In this document: in pieces, positions 49,598 to 62,800 of the stretch
Layout: each line of letters opens with the position of its first letter
Numbering within the stretch: position 1 is the stretch's first letter
Source: Mobula birostris
Taxonomy: Eukaryota
DNA: 64,000 nucleotides
Direction: 5' to 3'
NCBI RefSeq assembly: GCF_030028105.1
Contig: NC_092371.1
Coordinates: 213,402,031 to 213,466,030 of the forward strand
Translations under genes and position numbers: made by a program
Notes under the pieces: generated by a model
The model's database searches: none
What the model was told of the DNA's origin: nothing
Seen by the model: the letters and a program-made list of their open reading frames with translations, nothing else

Positions 49598-50425
49598 AAC
49601 GCACACAAAATGCTGGAGGTAACTCAGCAGGTCAGGCAGCATCTATGGAAATGAATAAGCAGTCGTTTTTTTTGGACCGAGACCTTTCTTTGGGACTGGA
49701 AAGGAAAAGCGTAGACAAAAGTACAATAAAGTCGGGGGAGGGTGAAGAGGATAGCTAGAAAGGTGATAGGTGAAACCGGGTAGGTTGGAAAGGTAAAGGG
49801 CTGGAGAGGGAGAAATCTGATTGGAGAGGTGAGTAGACCATAGGAGAAAAGAAAGGAGGAGGAGGGGAGAAGAGGTAAGGGGCCTGAGTTGGAAACAGCT
49901 GAAGAAGAGGGAGGGAGAGGGAATTTTTTTTTGTAACTGGAAAGAGAAATTGATATTCATGCCATTAGGTTGGAGGCTACCCAGAAGGAATATAATCTCT
50001 TGCGCCTCCACCCTATGAGTGGCCTCATCATGGCACAAAAGGAGGCCATGGACCAACATGTCAGAATGGGAATGGGAATGGGAATTAAAATGTTTAGTCA
50101 CCGGACGGTTCCATTTTTGGTGGACGGAGCAAAGGTGCTCAACGAAGCAATCACCCAATTTATGAGCATCTCGCCAATGTAGTGGAGGCCAGATCAGGAA
50201 CATCAATAGATGGCCCCAGCAGGTTCGCTGGTGACTCACCTGGAAGGACTGTTTGAGGCCCCGAATGGAGGCGAGGGAGGAGGTGAATGGGCAGGTGTAG
50301 CACTTTGGCTGCTTGCAGGGATAAGTGCCGGGAGGGAGATTAGTGGGGAGGGATGAATGGACAAGGGAATCACAAAGGGAGCCACCCCTGCAGAAAGCAG
50401 ATAGATAGGAGGGTGTGGAGGGCAA
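49598..50425 (-). mobile_element. Penelope-like element: Cys-rich linker, GIY-YIG C-terminal part and pLTR
   Basis: ORF 49643-50425: GTYPCKQPKCYTCPF...LGDCFVEHL...VTKHFNSHSHS...E..IIFLLGSLQPNGMN. Confidence 0.88.
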
Positions 50426-50669
50426 TGGTGCAGGTGCAGGTCGATTCGACTAGGCAGCCTAACTGTTTGACACAGATCAGGTCCTCCAAAGGGCCTGTTT
50501 CTGTGCTGTAGTTTTCCCATTCCTAGAACAATAAAGCCTTTTGCTGAGCTGTAATTTTGTCTTGGCTCAGATTTAACATCTCAGCAAAGAACAAGGTATA
50601 TGAAATAGGTTAATCTTCAAACTAAGAGAAATTTGATGATTTCATCCAAGTGAGCAATTTAAAACAATG

Positions 50670-51307
50670 CAGACATCCCACCCTGCAAAAACTCATTTCA
50701 GGGAGGTAGCACCCCCCGCCCCCCACAACCCCATATCCCCCCACCCCCCGTCGACCTCCAAGGGTGTATGTAATACTTTGTTTAGTGATTTTGTCTAATC
50801 TGTAAACCAAGTTGGGTATATGCAGAAAATGTGACATTAAAATATGTACTCATATTACATTATCATGTTTACTCTATTACAACTTTAAGCAAGTCTACAG
50901 GGAGTTTGGCCTCATCACGTAGGACATCAATAGAGTAGCTCCTTAGCAGCTAGCCGGCTAGTTTAAATAACTTTAGCTACGCTAATGAACCAATGACACC
51001 CGTTAAACTCACCTCAACATGTCTTTTACATTTTAACCCACGATGGGCAATAGAAAAGTCGCTGTTGCAAATAGTGCAGCGAGCAGCACTGTCATTATTT
51101 TTGAGGTCGACTGTAAAGCCCGCTCACAGAGAAAACTGATAGGTCTACTTAGCAGGAAGAGAGACCAATCAGGATGCTCGCTTTTGCTCTCCTTCTCCCT
51201 CTCAAAAAAATCGATTTCCGGGATATTGTATATAATTTCCAGGCATCAGCGAGCCGCTATCAATATGCGGGAGACTCCTGGAACTTCCGGGAGAGGTGGG
51301 ATGTTTG
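50670..51307. mobile_element. Non-autonomous TIR element with 6-bp TSD (hAT-like)
   Basis: TIR cagacatcccacc/ggtgggatgtttg (12/13); acaatg directly flanks both ends (50664-50669, 51308-51313); gggaga subterminal repeats. Confidence 0.72.
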
Positions 51308-51569
51308 ACAATGAAAAGTTAATACTATGCCATGCAGTTATGTACTAAAGAGGCTATGTACGAAAAAGCTAATGAAATCTAATAAAAAGCTCATAAAGAG
51401 CATATAGTCTTTTGTAATGTTGTAACACAGTTATACTTTCTTACATACACAAGTGTTTGGGGTAACTTGGTTCCCTAGAGGTTGATCTATGTTAGCTATT
51501 GTTAATGGGAGTGAAGGGACGTTCCGATGTTTGAAAAGTTGTTTTATAAGTTGTTTAATAAGCTATTAC

Positions 51570-52900
51570 AGTAGAGTGTGACAGAGAAGTTTCAGTGTTC
51601 GTTCTGTGGGCCCAGGAGTGAAGTTGGGTCGCTCTAGGTGCCAAAAGAAGTCAGGGCCTGGGTAGGGAAGTTCCAATGCTCGTTCAGTTTGCCCAGGGGT
51701 GAGGTTGGATTGCTCTGGGCACTGAATTGGTCTGAAGAGCTTGAGAGCGGCTTTGGACTGGGCAACAGAATCTGGGCCTGGAGCCTGTCGCTGGGCGATG
51801 TGGTCTAGGCCCGGTTCCTGGGCCCTAGTGTGAGGTACCTTATGCCATTTAGACAATTTAAACACTGGCCCAGGCTGGAGGTGAGGCCTAATCTTACTCA
51901 CTTTCTGCGATGGTCACTTCACTCTTCAGGGCACCAAAGCTTTCTACTGTTCCGTTGTTGGGTCAATTTATACACTGGCCCAGATAGACTGAAAAGACAG
52001 GGTTTTGGTCAGGATGAGAGCTGATTTTGCTTGTTCTCCACGATGGTCATCTCCACGGTGCTGAGGCTACGAAGACTGCCCTGGTTGCTGTGCTCTGTGC
52101 CCACTAGGGTTGCCAACTGACCCGTATTAGCCAGGACATCCCGTACATTGGGCTAAGTTGGTTTGTCCCATACGGGACCGCTCTTGTCTCGTACTTCCCC
52201 CGCTAAGGTAGAGCGTTCCTATGAAACCTTTCATGCCGAAATGGCATAAAGCGAAGAAGCAATTACCGTTAATTTATATGGGAAAAATTTTTGAGCATCC
52301 CCAGACCCAAAAAATAACCTACCAAATCGTACCAAGTAACACATAAAACCTAAAATAACACTAACATATAGTAAAAGCAGGAATGATATGATAAATACAC
52401 AGCCTATATAAAGTAGAAATAATGTATGTACAGTGTAGTTTCACTGAACTGAATCGCCAAAGCCGATTTGTAGAAAAAATATCGGCACGTACACACATGC
52501 GCACACAGGTGCCCATGCAAGGCTTAATGGTCATGGTAGTCTTTCTCGGGGTAAACACAAGTGTCCCGTGTTTGACTGCTACTTTTGTCCCTTATTTGGG
52601 AGTGAGAAAGTTGGCAACCCTAGTGCCCACTAATATAATGAGGCTTTAGGCCTACTCCAGCAGCTCTGGGTTTCGGACCTGAGGACTCAATTTAGGTTCA
52701 GAATCGAAGCAAACAACAGTTGTTTGCATGATTTGTATTTTTTTCTTTCCCTTGAGTGTTGGTTTTTTATTTGTTATTCTTTTTTTTTCTTTTAATTGGG
52801 TTCTTTTGGGTTTCTTGCTTTGTGGCTACCTGTGAGCAAGCACATCTGAAGGCTGTATAATTTATACATTCTTTGATATTAAATGAATCATGAATCTTGT
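51570..52900 (+). mobile_element. Long non-coding repeat with a Rex1-type 3' tail and internal duplications, split by a hAT element
   Basis: Diverged direct repeats at about 51587-51642 / 51668-51722 and 51852-51875 / 51962-51985; tail at about 52800-52900 resembles Rex1 tails. Confidence 0.45.
52105..52622. mobile_element. hAT-type non-autonomous element (518 bp) containing Tigger-derived sequence
   Basis: Perfect TIR tagggttgccaact/agttggcaacccta; perfect 8-bp TSD gtgcccac (52097-52104, 52623-52630). 52195-52439 matches 7883-8115 plus 8306-8324. Confidence 0.93.
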
Positions 52901-54514
52901 ACTGTGATAAAGTGAGTGGACTTCTATCACTCAGTAGGACTCCACCTCATTGCAACAAGCAGAGAAACTGCTGGCCAAGCTTGCTACAAACCTTCACTCT
53001 GGAAGCGTTGTATTGAAACCAGAATGGCTCCCTGGGAAGAGATGCTATTGCAGCTCAAAGAATACACAGAGAACAAGAGCCTTCACTGTTTTCTTTTGCA
53101 TTAAGTATAACTCTATGAAAAAAGGAAAAAAAAAACAAGTTGCTTTTTAGAAATCTTTGTAGGCACAGCAAATGGATGTAACGTAACTTCAATGAGTGAG
53201 ATGCCTGTGGAGTAGACTGCAGCTGATAATTTCAACTCATTGCGATTCCTAAGCAGGAAAGGCTTGAATATTGTTGTAGTCCCCTGTGAGTCAGCCTCGG
53301 TTTTCTAAACGGACATCTTAAGCAAGCTCCTGGTTCAGCTTCAGGCATGTGACAAGAGCCAAATTATTGGAGGATGCTGCAGGAAAGATGGTTGGTCAAA
53401 ATTTTCTTTATGCATGAGCCATCTTATAGTGTTTGTTTGCTCTCTGTGGTGCACAACGATGTACACAGCGATTAATATTTTACTCCGTACTTTGCACCAT
53501 TCTTTCATAAAACTAAAATTAATTTGATGTTTGCTGGAAAACTTGTTTAAAGTGTAGGAACATAATTACACACAAACCTCACGATTAACCGATGAAGCTG
53601 GAAAGGCATTAGCATTCAGGAAGCACCAAATGGAAAACAATCAATACATATTTTCTAGAGCCCTGGGCTCATGTACGGTAGAAATCGATTTATAATTAAG
53701 TTGTATGTTTTACACAAAACATTTTTTAAAAATATATAAATCCATTAAACCACTGTATCTAAAGTAGGCCTGTTTTTGCTGAACATAGCTCAAGTGCTGT
53801 CCTGTTTTCTGTCGCAGATCAATCAATGTGATGTCCTTTTCCCAAAGCCGATTGTGTTACCACAGACATTACCTTTATTTCATTTTATGTTATGAAAGGT
53901 ATGCTTGAAGGAGGCCAACATCATGGTAAGTTGTTTTTCCCCACAAGATTCGCAACAATTTCAGTCAATGTTTCCTGGGTAAATGAAACTCGAGAACTTT
54001 TTCCACAAATCCAGAGAAAAAGATATCACAATCCAAATGCACAGATCAGATGTGTTTGTAGCAGACTTTATCTATGTGCATGATGTACATTCCAAAAGGG
54101 AGAAAACAATAAATATCTCCCTTGGTTCCTGACAACCTATTTCATGCTCAAACTTTCCAACTAATGCTTGTACCTGTGGGAGGAGAGGATGAGGCATATT
54201 AAAATATATTACAAACCATGTGGAGGATTTACATTGTATAGGCAAGGGGAGAATTAAGCTCTCAATCTTTACAGACTTTAAATGAGCTTTGTAACATCCT
54301 CAGGGAATATGCGGTCAGGCTGAGCTCCTGGGAGAGCTGGGCAGAGGCTGCTCTTAAAATTCTCCTCCCAAAATGGAGCTTTGTAGCAGCACACAGCAGA
54401 CTGGCCAGTGGACAGTTTCTTACTATGTATTTCCTTTCTCTTTTAAATTTAGAATTTTTAAAAATTAGCAGCATCTCGATTTATTGCTGCACATACCTTT
54501 ATTTTTCTCTCAAG

Positions 54515-56195
54515 TGTCAAAATGAGTTTATTGCCATGTGCAGGTACTTGTGTGGACGGGGGCAATGAAAAGCTCAATAGCAGCAGCACCACAAGCGCAT
54601 AGCGTCACCTGCAGCATTCACAAGAAAATCATAAACATAAATTATGTACAACGTTTACAAGAAAGAACTCAATTAGAATTCGATTGGCAGAAGAAATAAA
54701 TGGGCAGACTATTACTTAAATGGGGAAAGAATTCAAAGTTCTGAGATGCAACGGGACTTGGGAGTCCTTGTACAGGATACCCTTAAGGTTAACCTCCAGG
54801 TTGAGTTGGTAGTGAAGAAGGCGAATGCAATGTTGGCATTCATTTCTAGAGGAACAGAGAATAGGAGCAGGGATGTGATGTTGAGGCTCTATAAGGCGCT
54901 GGTGAGACCTCACTTGGAGTACTGTGGGCAGTTTTGGGCTCCTTATTTAAGAAAGGATGTGCTGACGTTGGAGAGGGGTACAGAGAAGATTCACTAGAAT
55001 GATTCCGGGAATGAGAGGGTTAACATATGAGGAACATTTGTCCGCTCTTGGACTGTATTCCTTGGAGTTTAGAAGAATGAGGGGAGACCTCATAGAAACA
55101 TTTGGAATGTTGAAAGGCATGGACAGAGTGGGTGCGGCAAAGTTGTTTCCCATGATGGGGGAGTCTAGTACGAGAGGGCGTGACTTAAGGATTGAAGGGC
55201 GCCCATTCAGAACAGAAATGCGAAGAAATTTTTTTAGTCAGAGGGTGGTGAATCTATGGAATTTGTTGCCACGGGCAGCAGTGGAGGCCAAGTTATTGGG
55301 TGTATTTAAGGCAGAGATTGATAGGTATCTGAGTAGCCAGGGCATCAAAGGTTATGGTGAGAAGGTGGGGGAGTGGGACTAAATGGGAGAATGGATCAGC
55401 TCATTATAAAATGGCGGAGCACACTCGATGGGCCGAATGGCCGACTTCTGCTCCTTTGTCTTATGGTCTAGAACAAAATAGTCCATTTAGTGGTCAAAGT
55501 GATTATAGTATTTCTAAACTGTAGTTGGTTTCAGGAAGGGGAAGGAGACAGCTAAATGATTGAAGTAGCTAAGTATCTGTTCTTGAACTTGGTTGTGTGA
55601 CACTTCATGTTTCTTTATCTCCTGCCCGATAGTAGCTGCAAAAAAATAGAATGGACTCGATAGTGGGGATCTTTGATGACAGATGTTCCCTCCTGTAGAT
55701 ATAACCAATGGTGGGGAGGGATATGCCCGTGATGTACAGTATTGGTCAGAGTCTACGACTCTCTGCAGCTTCTTAAGTTCCCGTGCATTTGAATTGCCGT
55801 GCCAGACCATGATGCAACCAGTCAATTTGCTTTCCACAGTACATCTGTAGAAGCTTGTTGAAGTGTTCAATGACGTGATGAACCTCCTTAACATCCTAAG
55901 GAAGTATAGACGTCGTGTCCAGGACAGGTCATCTGATACATTAACAGCCGGGAATTTAAATCTGTTGACCTTCTCCGCCAGTGACTTCCCCCAGTGGTCA
56001 CCCTCTTTCTCCTTCTTGAAGTCACCTCTTCAGTTTTGCTGATTTTTCAGCAAGAGGTTTTTTGCAGCACCACTGAACCAGGTTTTCTATCTCACTCCAG
56101 TAAACTGACTCATCTGCCAATTGTGATTCACCCATCGACAGTGTCATTGGTAAACCTGAAGATAGTATTGGAGCTGTGCTTAGCCACACAAGTGT
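54515..56195 (-). mobile_element. Rex1/Babar LINE 3' part, interrupted by CR1
   Basis: Minus ORF 55514-55894 (FYRCTVESKLTGCIMVWHGN..KKLQRVV); tail split around 54680-55470. Confidence 0.82.
54680..55470 (+). mobile_element. CR1 LINE 3' fragment, young
   Basis: ORFs 54746-54997 and 54999-55382 (QRDLGVLV..LVRPHLEYC; RRMRGDLIETF..FFSQRVVNLWN). Confidence 0.93.
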
Positions 56196-57004
56196 CTGAC
56201 GGCCTACGATGTGGTTGAAATGACCCAGTGCCTGAGCACTGCAGTGAAACCTCACACTGACCCGGAGCCAGCTTGCTGCCACATTAAGCACATTTCTGCT
56301 GCTATTGTGGCTGATCAAAACTGCTTTAGGAAGTGGCAGCCTTCCACCAGCAACCTCCAATAATTGTTGGGTTCTTACTCCTGAGGGTGTGGTTCCAATG
56401 TCACAGAGCCACTGTCCTCTGTTCACCCTTGCAAGAGAGGCCCTGTTTTGTTTCTCAGTTACCTGGTGCAAACCACTGTTGCTGATGGTAGGAAATGTAT
56501 TCTACAGCTGAGCCTGTAGGGCACAAAAAACTGCTCAAGGTTATCTCTCAAAGCCTTCCGTAGTCCTTCTGCTGCAAGTCAGCTGCTTCCCATCTCCCTT
56601 TGGTTGGCAAGTTCAGAAGCAGCTGCCGCACCAAAATGCTGCAGTCGTACGGCATGATGGCTGCTGCCAGGATAACAAACACTGATGATATGATTAATCT
56701 ATACAATGAAATTTGCTGGGGAGATTTACCTAAAAAAATAGCAGCATGGTTGTCTAATCGGCATTACATGTGATTTGCTTGTTGTCCTCCCTTCTCGTAA
56801 ATGTTTATTCCACATATGTTATTGACCTCATCATTACTTCATCCAGGCAATTCTCCTAAAGGTTACAGACTCACTGAAGACACCATTTTATAATTGGGCA
56901 AAAAATGGGCTGTAACGGTCTCAATTGCCTCTCTTGTGAAATTAGGCCTTTCCAGACAGTCTGTAAACAATTTAAATAAAGGATTTGATCTCCCACAAAT
57001 TAAG

Positions 57005-57358
57005 TGTAGAATCAGAATCTGGTTTATTCTCATTGTTTTATATAACATGAAATTTGTTGTTTTGCTGCAGCAGTGTGGTGTAAGAACATAAAGTTAATAC
57101 AAACGACAAAATAAATAAATAATGCAATAAAGGAAGTAATAGCGTAGTGTTCATGGGTTTATGGACTATTCAGAAATCTGATCACCGAGGAAGAATCAGC
57201 TCCTGAATCGTTGTGTGTTTGTCTTCAGGCTCCTTTACTTCCTCGCTGATTGTAGTAACGAGAGAGGGGCATGTCCCCAACGGTGAGGAACTTTAGTAAT
57301 TGTTGCTACCTTCCTGAGATGTCTTGATGGTGAGGAGGGTAGTGCCCACGATGGAACC
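57005..57358 (-). mobile_element. Rex1/Babar 3' tail fragment
   Basis: agaatcagaatctggtttatt...gtcttcaggctcc, as at 3857-4250. Confidence 0.7.
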
Positions 57359-57364
57359 CAAAAA

Positions 57365-57905
57365 ATGCATACAACACCACAGGAATAGGCCCTTTGGCCC
57401 ATAATATTTGTGCCAAATGTGATAGCAATTTAAACCAATTGTCTCTGATTCATATCCCACTACTCCCTGCATGTTCAGGTATCTGTCTAAGAGTCTTTAA
57501 AATATTATATTTGCTTCCACCACTTCCCGCAGCAGCCTATTTCAGATATTTACCGCTCTCTGTAAAAAATAATTGTCCCACACAACTTTAAATTTCCCCC
57601 CTCTCATCCTAAAGGCATGTCCTCTAGTACTTGACATTTCTACCTTTGGGAAAAGATCCTATCGCTCTACCCTATCTATGTACCTCATAATCTTACAAAC
57701 TTCTGGCAGAGCTCCCCTCAGCCTCTGACACTCTAGAGCAGGTGTTCCCAACCTTTTCTACGTTACGAACCAGTACTGTTAAGCAAAGCTTCTATCGACC
57801 CCAGGTCAGGAACCGCTGATCTAGAGAAACAATCCAAGTTTGTCACATCTCTTTGTGTCACTCATACCCTTCAATCCAAACAGCATCCTGGTAAATCTCT
57901 CTGGC
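57365..57905 (-). mobile_element. CR1 3' fragment, degenerate
   Basis: acaggaataggccctttggccc...cagcatcctggtaaatct, antisense of the CR1 3' region. Confidence 0.75.
57739..57818. mobile_element. About 80-bp hAT/Charlie-type MITE inside CR1
   Basis: caggtgttcccaacc...aggaaccgctg with 8-bp flanks ctctagag/atctagag. Confidence 0.75.
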
Positions 57906-58029
57906 CACAATGACCTGCATTTAAAAGCAATCTTCTGATGATGATGTTTTTGTGATAGATTTTTAACATCCTTTTCAAAAGATTATGGGAGAGAAAAAAC
58001 CCTAACGCCTTGGTTAACCACATTCGTAC

Positions 58030-58245
58030 TCTTAAATTAAATTGCTGGACAAGTAATCAAAAGCCAGGAATTCAAATTTCACCACGGCAGCTGCAGAATA
58101 TAAATTCAGATGAATACTCTGGACTTCCAAAAAAGAAATCATGAATAATGATTACCTGAAACCTCTAGGGGTTTATAAACTAATTGACTGCATTAGTGTC
58201 CTTGGAAGAGGAAATCAGTTGTCTTTATTAGTGATGGCCAAATGT
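58030..58245 (+). mobile_element. Old degenerate shark-type SINE
   Basis: ttcaaatttcaccacggcagctg...tagtgtccttggaagaggaaatc; recalled similarity only. Confidence 0.4.
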
Positions 58246-58509
58246 AAAAGGTCTGAATGATGATCAGAGTGTGATCTTGAAGACGGCTGAAAGTTCTGCA
58301 GGTCTACAGGTTCCTTAGTATTTTTCATAATGACATTGAAGGAAGTTATTCAGGAAACTGTTGGTAATGCTCTCTGTAACTCTATTTTCCCATTTGCTTC
58401 TCTACAGCTCATCCTCAATACTGTGCCTGCCAATCTGAATTAGGGTGTTAGGCGCAAAATAACCCCTCAGTGCAAGGCTCAGATGTTAAACAATTAATAG
58501 CGACTATCT

Positions 58510-58790
58510 CGGGCGGTAGTGTAGCGGTTGGCGCGACCCGTCGGAATTTGGAGTTCAATCGCAGCATCCTCTGTCAGGTGTCTCTGTCCTCTGTCAGATG
58601 TCTCTGTACAGAGTGCATGGGTTATCTCTGGGCCCTCTGGTTCCCTCCCACATACTGGGTAGGTTAATTGGCCGTTGTAAGTTAACCTGTGATTAGGTTA
58701 GGGTTAAGCCAGGGTTGCTGAGGGTTGGTGCAGTTCAAAGGTCTGGAAGGGCCTATTCTGTGCTGCATCTCTAAATAGATCAATCAATCT
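58510..58790 (+). mobile_element. HE1/V-SINE
   Basis: gcggtagtgtagcggttggcg head, gcatgggttatctctgggccctctggttccctccca V core, gaagggcctattctgtgctg tail. Confidence 0.75.
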
Positions 58791-59809
58791 AAAGCTGGAC
58801 AGCAGTCTGTTTCATAGAAACAATGATATGCTTGTTAAATCCAAGAATTTTGATTTTGCCTCTGAACAAATCAATGTAAATAATTTACTTTTAAATGAAG
58901 CAAAGACAAAAGAGTGATTCTCATCACTTCTACTAAGCGATGTAGAATTTTTAATAAAAAAAACGGGTTCCAATCCAATTCTGTACCATTAGAGTAGATC
59001 TAGTTCCAGTAATTGTTCCGGAAAGTAATTTATTTGAAGAACAATGAGAACATATTGGTTTTAGGCTGTCACCTCACAGCTACAATTTTCGAACACTATG
59101 CTCATAAATCTCTCCCCTCTCTCCTTTACAATCATATTGTTCCTGTAATGTGGTCTAACTAATAACAGAAGCTGTCTCCCCTTATGTTCTATGGCTAACA
59201 AAGAGAAGCTACCCCTTTGTCTTTTTAACTAGTATATTGACCTCTTCTGCTACGCTTAAGGATCTGTGGACGTAAAGTTCAGAGTCCTGTTGTACCTCAG
59301 CACCACTTCTTATATTCCCATTTATCTTATCTTCCCTGAAATGCCTTTCCTCCCATTTCTATTGATGATGATAAAATCATCATAATCATACTATAGATAT
59401 ACATGTACAAGTTAAGTTTTGGTAAATCGGTGTAATGCTGTTGGCATATTGTGCTAATTTTGATTTTCAGATTAATAGACTTATATTCGATAACCTTTAT
59501 TAATTGCCTTGTTTTTACTAACTGACCTAGTATTTTAAATTAGTTAGCAACTTTGGACTATTTTCCCGTTGGGTTTTTGTGCTTCAAGGGAATATAGTAA
59601 TTATTTACATGTTAGCCACTGTTAGTAAGCTGTTACTCCTTTTAATACAGTTTCCTATATAACATTTCCAGCTCATGCTTCATCATTTTCACAAGTGCTT
59701 TATTCCAACTAAGAGTCTGGTTTCAGATTGACTTAAAGAACTTTCAATCTCGATTTATATTCTATCAAATTTTGATCATTCTTCCATAAACACTGCATTT
59801 TGCATTGCA

Positions 59810-62800
59810 GGGTCAGGGGCATCTCAGATTGGGTCTACAGCATTCTTAAGGGGAAAAGTGAACAACCAAAAGTGGTGTACATATTGATACCAACTATATA
59901 GGTAGGAAAAGGGAGGAGGTTCTGAAGAGAGAATATAGGAAGTTAGATAGAAAGCTGAAAAGCAGGACCTCTGGGGTAGTAATCTCTGGATTGCTGCCTG
60001 TGCCGTGCACCAGGCAGTTGAACATGTGGCTGAGGAATTGGTGCAGGGAGCAGTTTTTCAGATTTTTGGATAATTGAGATCTCTTCAGGGGAAGATACGA
60101 CCTGTACAAAAGGGGCAGGTTACAACTGAACTCGAGGGGACTAATATCCTTGCGGGCATATTTGCTAGAGCTGTTGGGGAGGGTTTAAACTAGGTTGGCA
60201 GGGGATTGGGAACCAGGGTGATAGGCCAGAGGATGGAGCAGTTGGTGAAAGGTAGATGCAGTGTATAGTGATATTGTGAGGAAAAATAGGCAGTGGATAT
60301 GGCATAATTGTAGTCAGTTGGATGGGTTGGAATAATTTGATTCAGATTTATTTTATTTTAATAGAGAAGCATCAGGGACAAGGGTGATGAACTTAGAGCA
60401 TGGATCTGTACATGGAACTACAATGTGGCTAATGCAAAGACTTGGCTGCCACAAGGGCAGAAATGGCTGCTGGCTGTTCTGGGGTTTAAGTTTCAGAAGG
60501 GACAGGAGGGAGGTAACAGAGATGGGGGAGCGACAGTGCTTATCAGGGATAGTATCACAGCTGCAGAAAGAGAAGACATTGGGGAGGGATTGTTTACTGA
60601 GTCTGTGGGTGGAAGTCAGAAACAGGAAAGGAGCAATCACTCTTTTGGGAGTATTCTGTAGACGCCCAATAGTAACAGAAACACTGAGGAGCAGATCAGG
60701 AGGCAGATTTTGGAAAGGTGCAAAAATAACAGAGTTGTTGTCATGGGTGACTTCAACTTCCCTAATACTGATTGACATCTCCTTAATGCAAAAGGTTTAG
60801 ATGGGGCAGAACTTGTTAGGTGTGTGTAGAAAGGATTCCTGACACAGTATATAGACAGGCCGACTGCACGAAAGCCAATCTGGGTTTGATACTAGGCAAT
60901 GAACCTGAACACGTGATAGATCTCTTGGTTGGTGAGCATTTAGGAGACAATGAATAAGACTTTATCATTAGGAGACAATGAATGAAACTTTATCATAGCC
61001 TTGGAGAAGGATAGGAGCAGATGGTATGGGAAAATATTTAATTGGGCAGGCATTATGTTATTAGGCAGGAATTTGGGGAAAAATGGGAAACAGATGTGCT
61101 AAGGGAAATGAACAAAGAAGATGTAGAGGTGGTTTGGGGAGCACTTGCATAGGATTCTGGACAGGTTTGTCCCACTGAGGCAGGGAAAGGATGGTAGGGT
61201 GAAGGAACCATTGTTGACAAGAGATGTGAAACAGCTAGTCAAGAGGAAGAAAGATGCATATTTAAGATTTAGGAAGTAAGATTCAGACAGGGTTCTAGAG
61301 AGATACAAGGTAGCTAGGAAGGAGCTTAAGAATGGATTTATGAGAGCTAGAAGGGGATATGAGAAAGCCTTGGCATGTACATGAAGAACAGGAGGATGAC
61401 TGGAGTGAGATTAGGACTAATCAGGGATAAAAGAGGGAACATGTGCCTGGAGTCAGGTGGGGGGTGTAGGGCGGGTCCTTAATGAATACTTTGCTTCAAT
61501 CCTCACCAGAATCAGAATCAGGTTTATTATCACCGGCAGAGGGACCTTGAGGAATGTGAGGACAGTTTAAAACAGTTTGATATGTTGGAACATTAATTGT
61601 TTGAACTTTTGAAAAAATATTAGGATAGATAAGTCCCTGGGGCCAGATGGGATATATCTCAGGTTACTATAAGAAACGAGGGTAGAGATTGCTGCACCTA
61701 TGGTGGTGATCTACATGTCCTCGCTGACCACAGGAGTAGTACTGGAAGATTGGAGGCTGACAAATGTTAGTCCTTTGTTAAAAAAGTTAATATAAATAAT
61801 CCTGGTAATTATAGACCAGTGAGTCTTACTATTGGACAGGGTTCAGTAAGACAGGATTTAAAAGCATTTGGAGAAGCTCAATTTGATTAAGGACAGTCAG
61901 GCTTTGTGAGGGGAAGAGGGTGTCTCACGAGCCTGATTGAATTCTCTGAGAAAGTGACAAGACAAATTGAGGAAGATAGAACAATGGATTTTTACTGAGA
62001 TCTTTGATGAGGTTCCCCATGTTAGGCTTATTCAGAAAGTCAGGAGGCATGGAATTCAGGAAAACTTGGCTGCTTGGATACACAAATGGCTTGCCAACAG
62101 CAGAGAGAAGGTGATGTAGACAGGGTGTATTCTGCCTGGAGATCCACGGCTAGTGGTGTTTCACTGGGTTTCTGTTATGGAACCCCTGCACTATGTGATT
62201 TGTTATAAATGATTTGGATGACGAAGTGGAGAGGTGGGTTAGTAAATATACAGGTTATATGGCTTGGCAGTGGTGTGGATAGTGTAAAATGTTTTTGTAG
62301 GTTACAGCGGGATATTGATAGGATGCAGAACTGGTCTGATAGAGTTCAATCTGGAAGTTTGAATTTGAAGCCAGTGTGTACGGTTAACAGCAGAATTCTT
62401 AGCAGCATGGAGAAACAGAGCGATCCTGGGGTTTCTCAAGGTTGCCGTGCAAATTGAGGTGGTTAAGAAAGAGTATTGGCCTTCATTAGTCAGGAGACTC
62501 AGTTCATGAGTTGGGAGAAAATGTATCAGCTCTATAAAACTCTGGTTAAACCAGATCCCCTCAGAATTTACATCATATCAGTTTCCTTCTTCTTCAGACC
62601 TTTTCCACCTATCACTTCCCAAATTCTCACTTTATCCCTCCTCCCCTAACCACCTACCTTCCCCCTCACCTGCTTGTACTCATTCCGCTCCCCCCCACCT
62701 TCTTATTTTGGCTTCTTCACCCCCCCCCCCACACTCCTTTCCAGTCCCGATGAAGGGTCTCTGTCCAAAATGTCGACTATTTATTCCTCTCCATAGATGC

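Noticed and set aside
62741-62780. Functional hammerhead ribozyme in individual copies (also near 9690, 12420, 35675, 37100 and 49680)
   Set aside because: Each has substitutions in CUGANGA or GAAA, or a broken stem I; only the family consensus looks competent.
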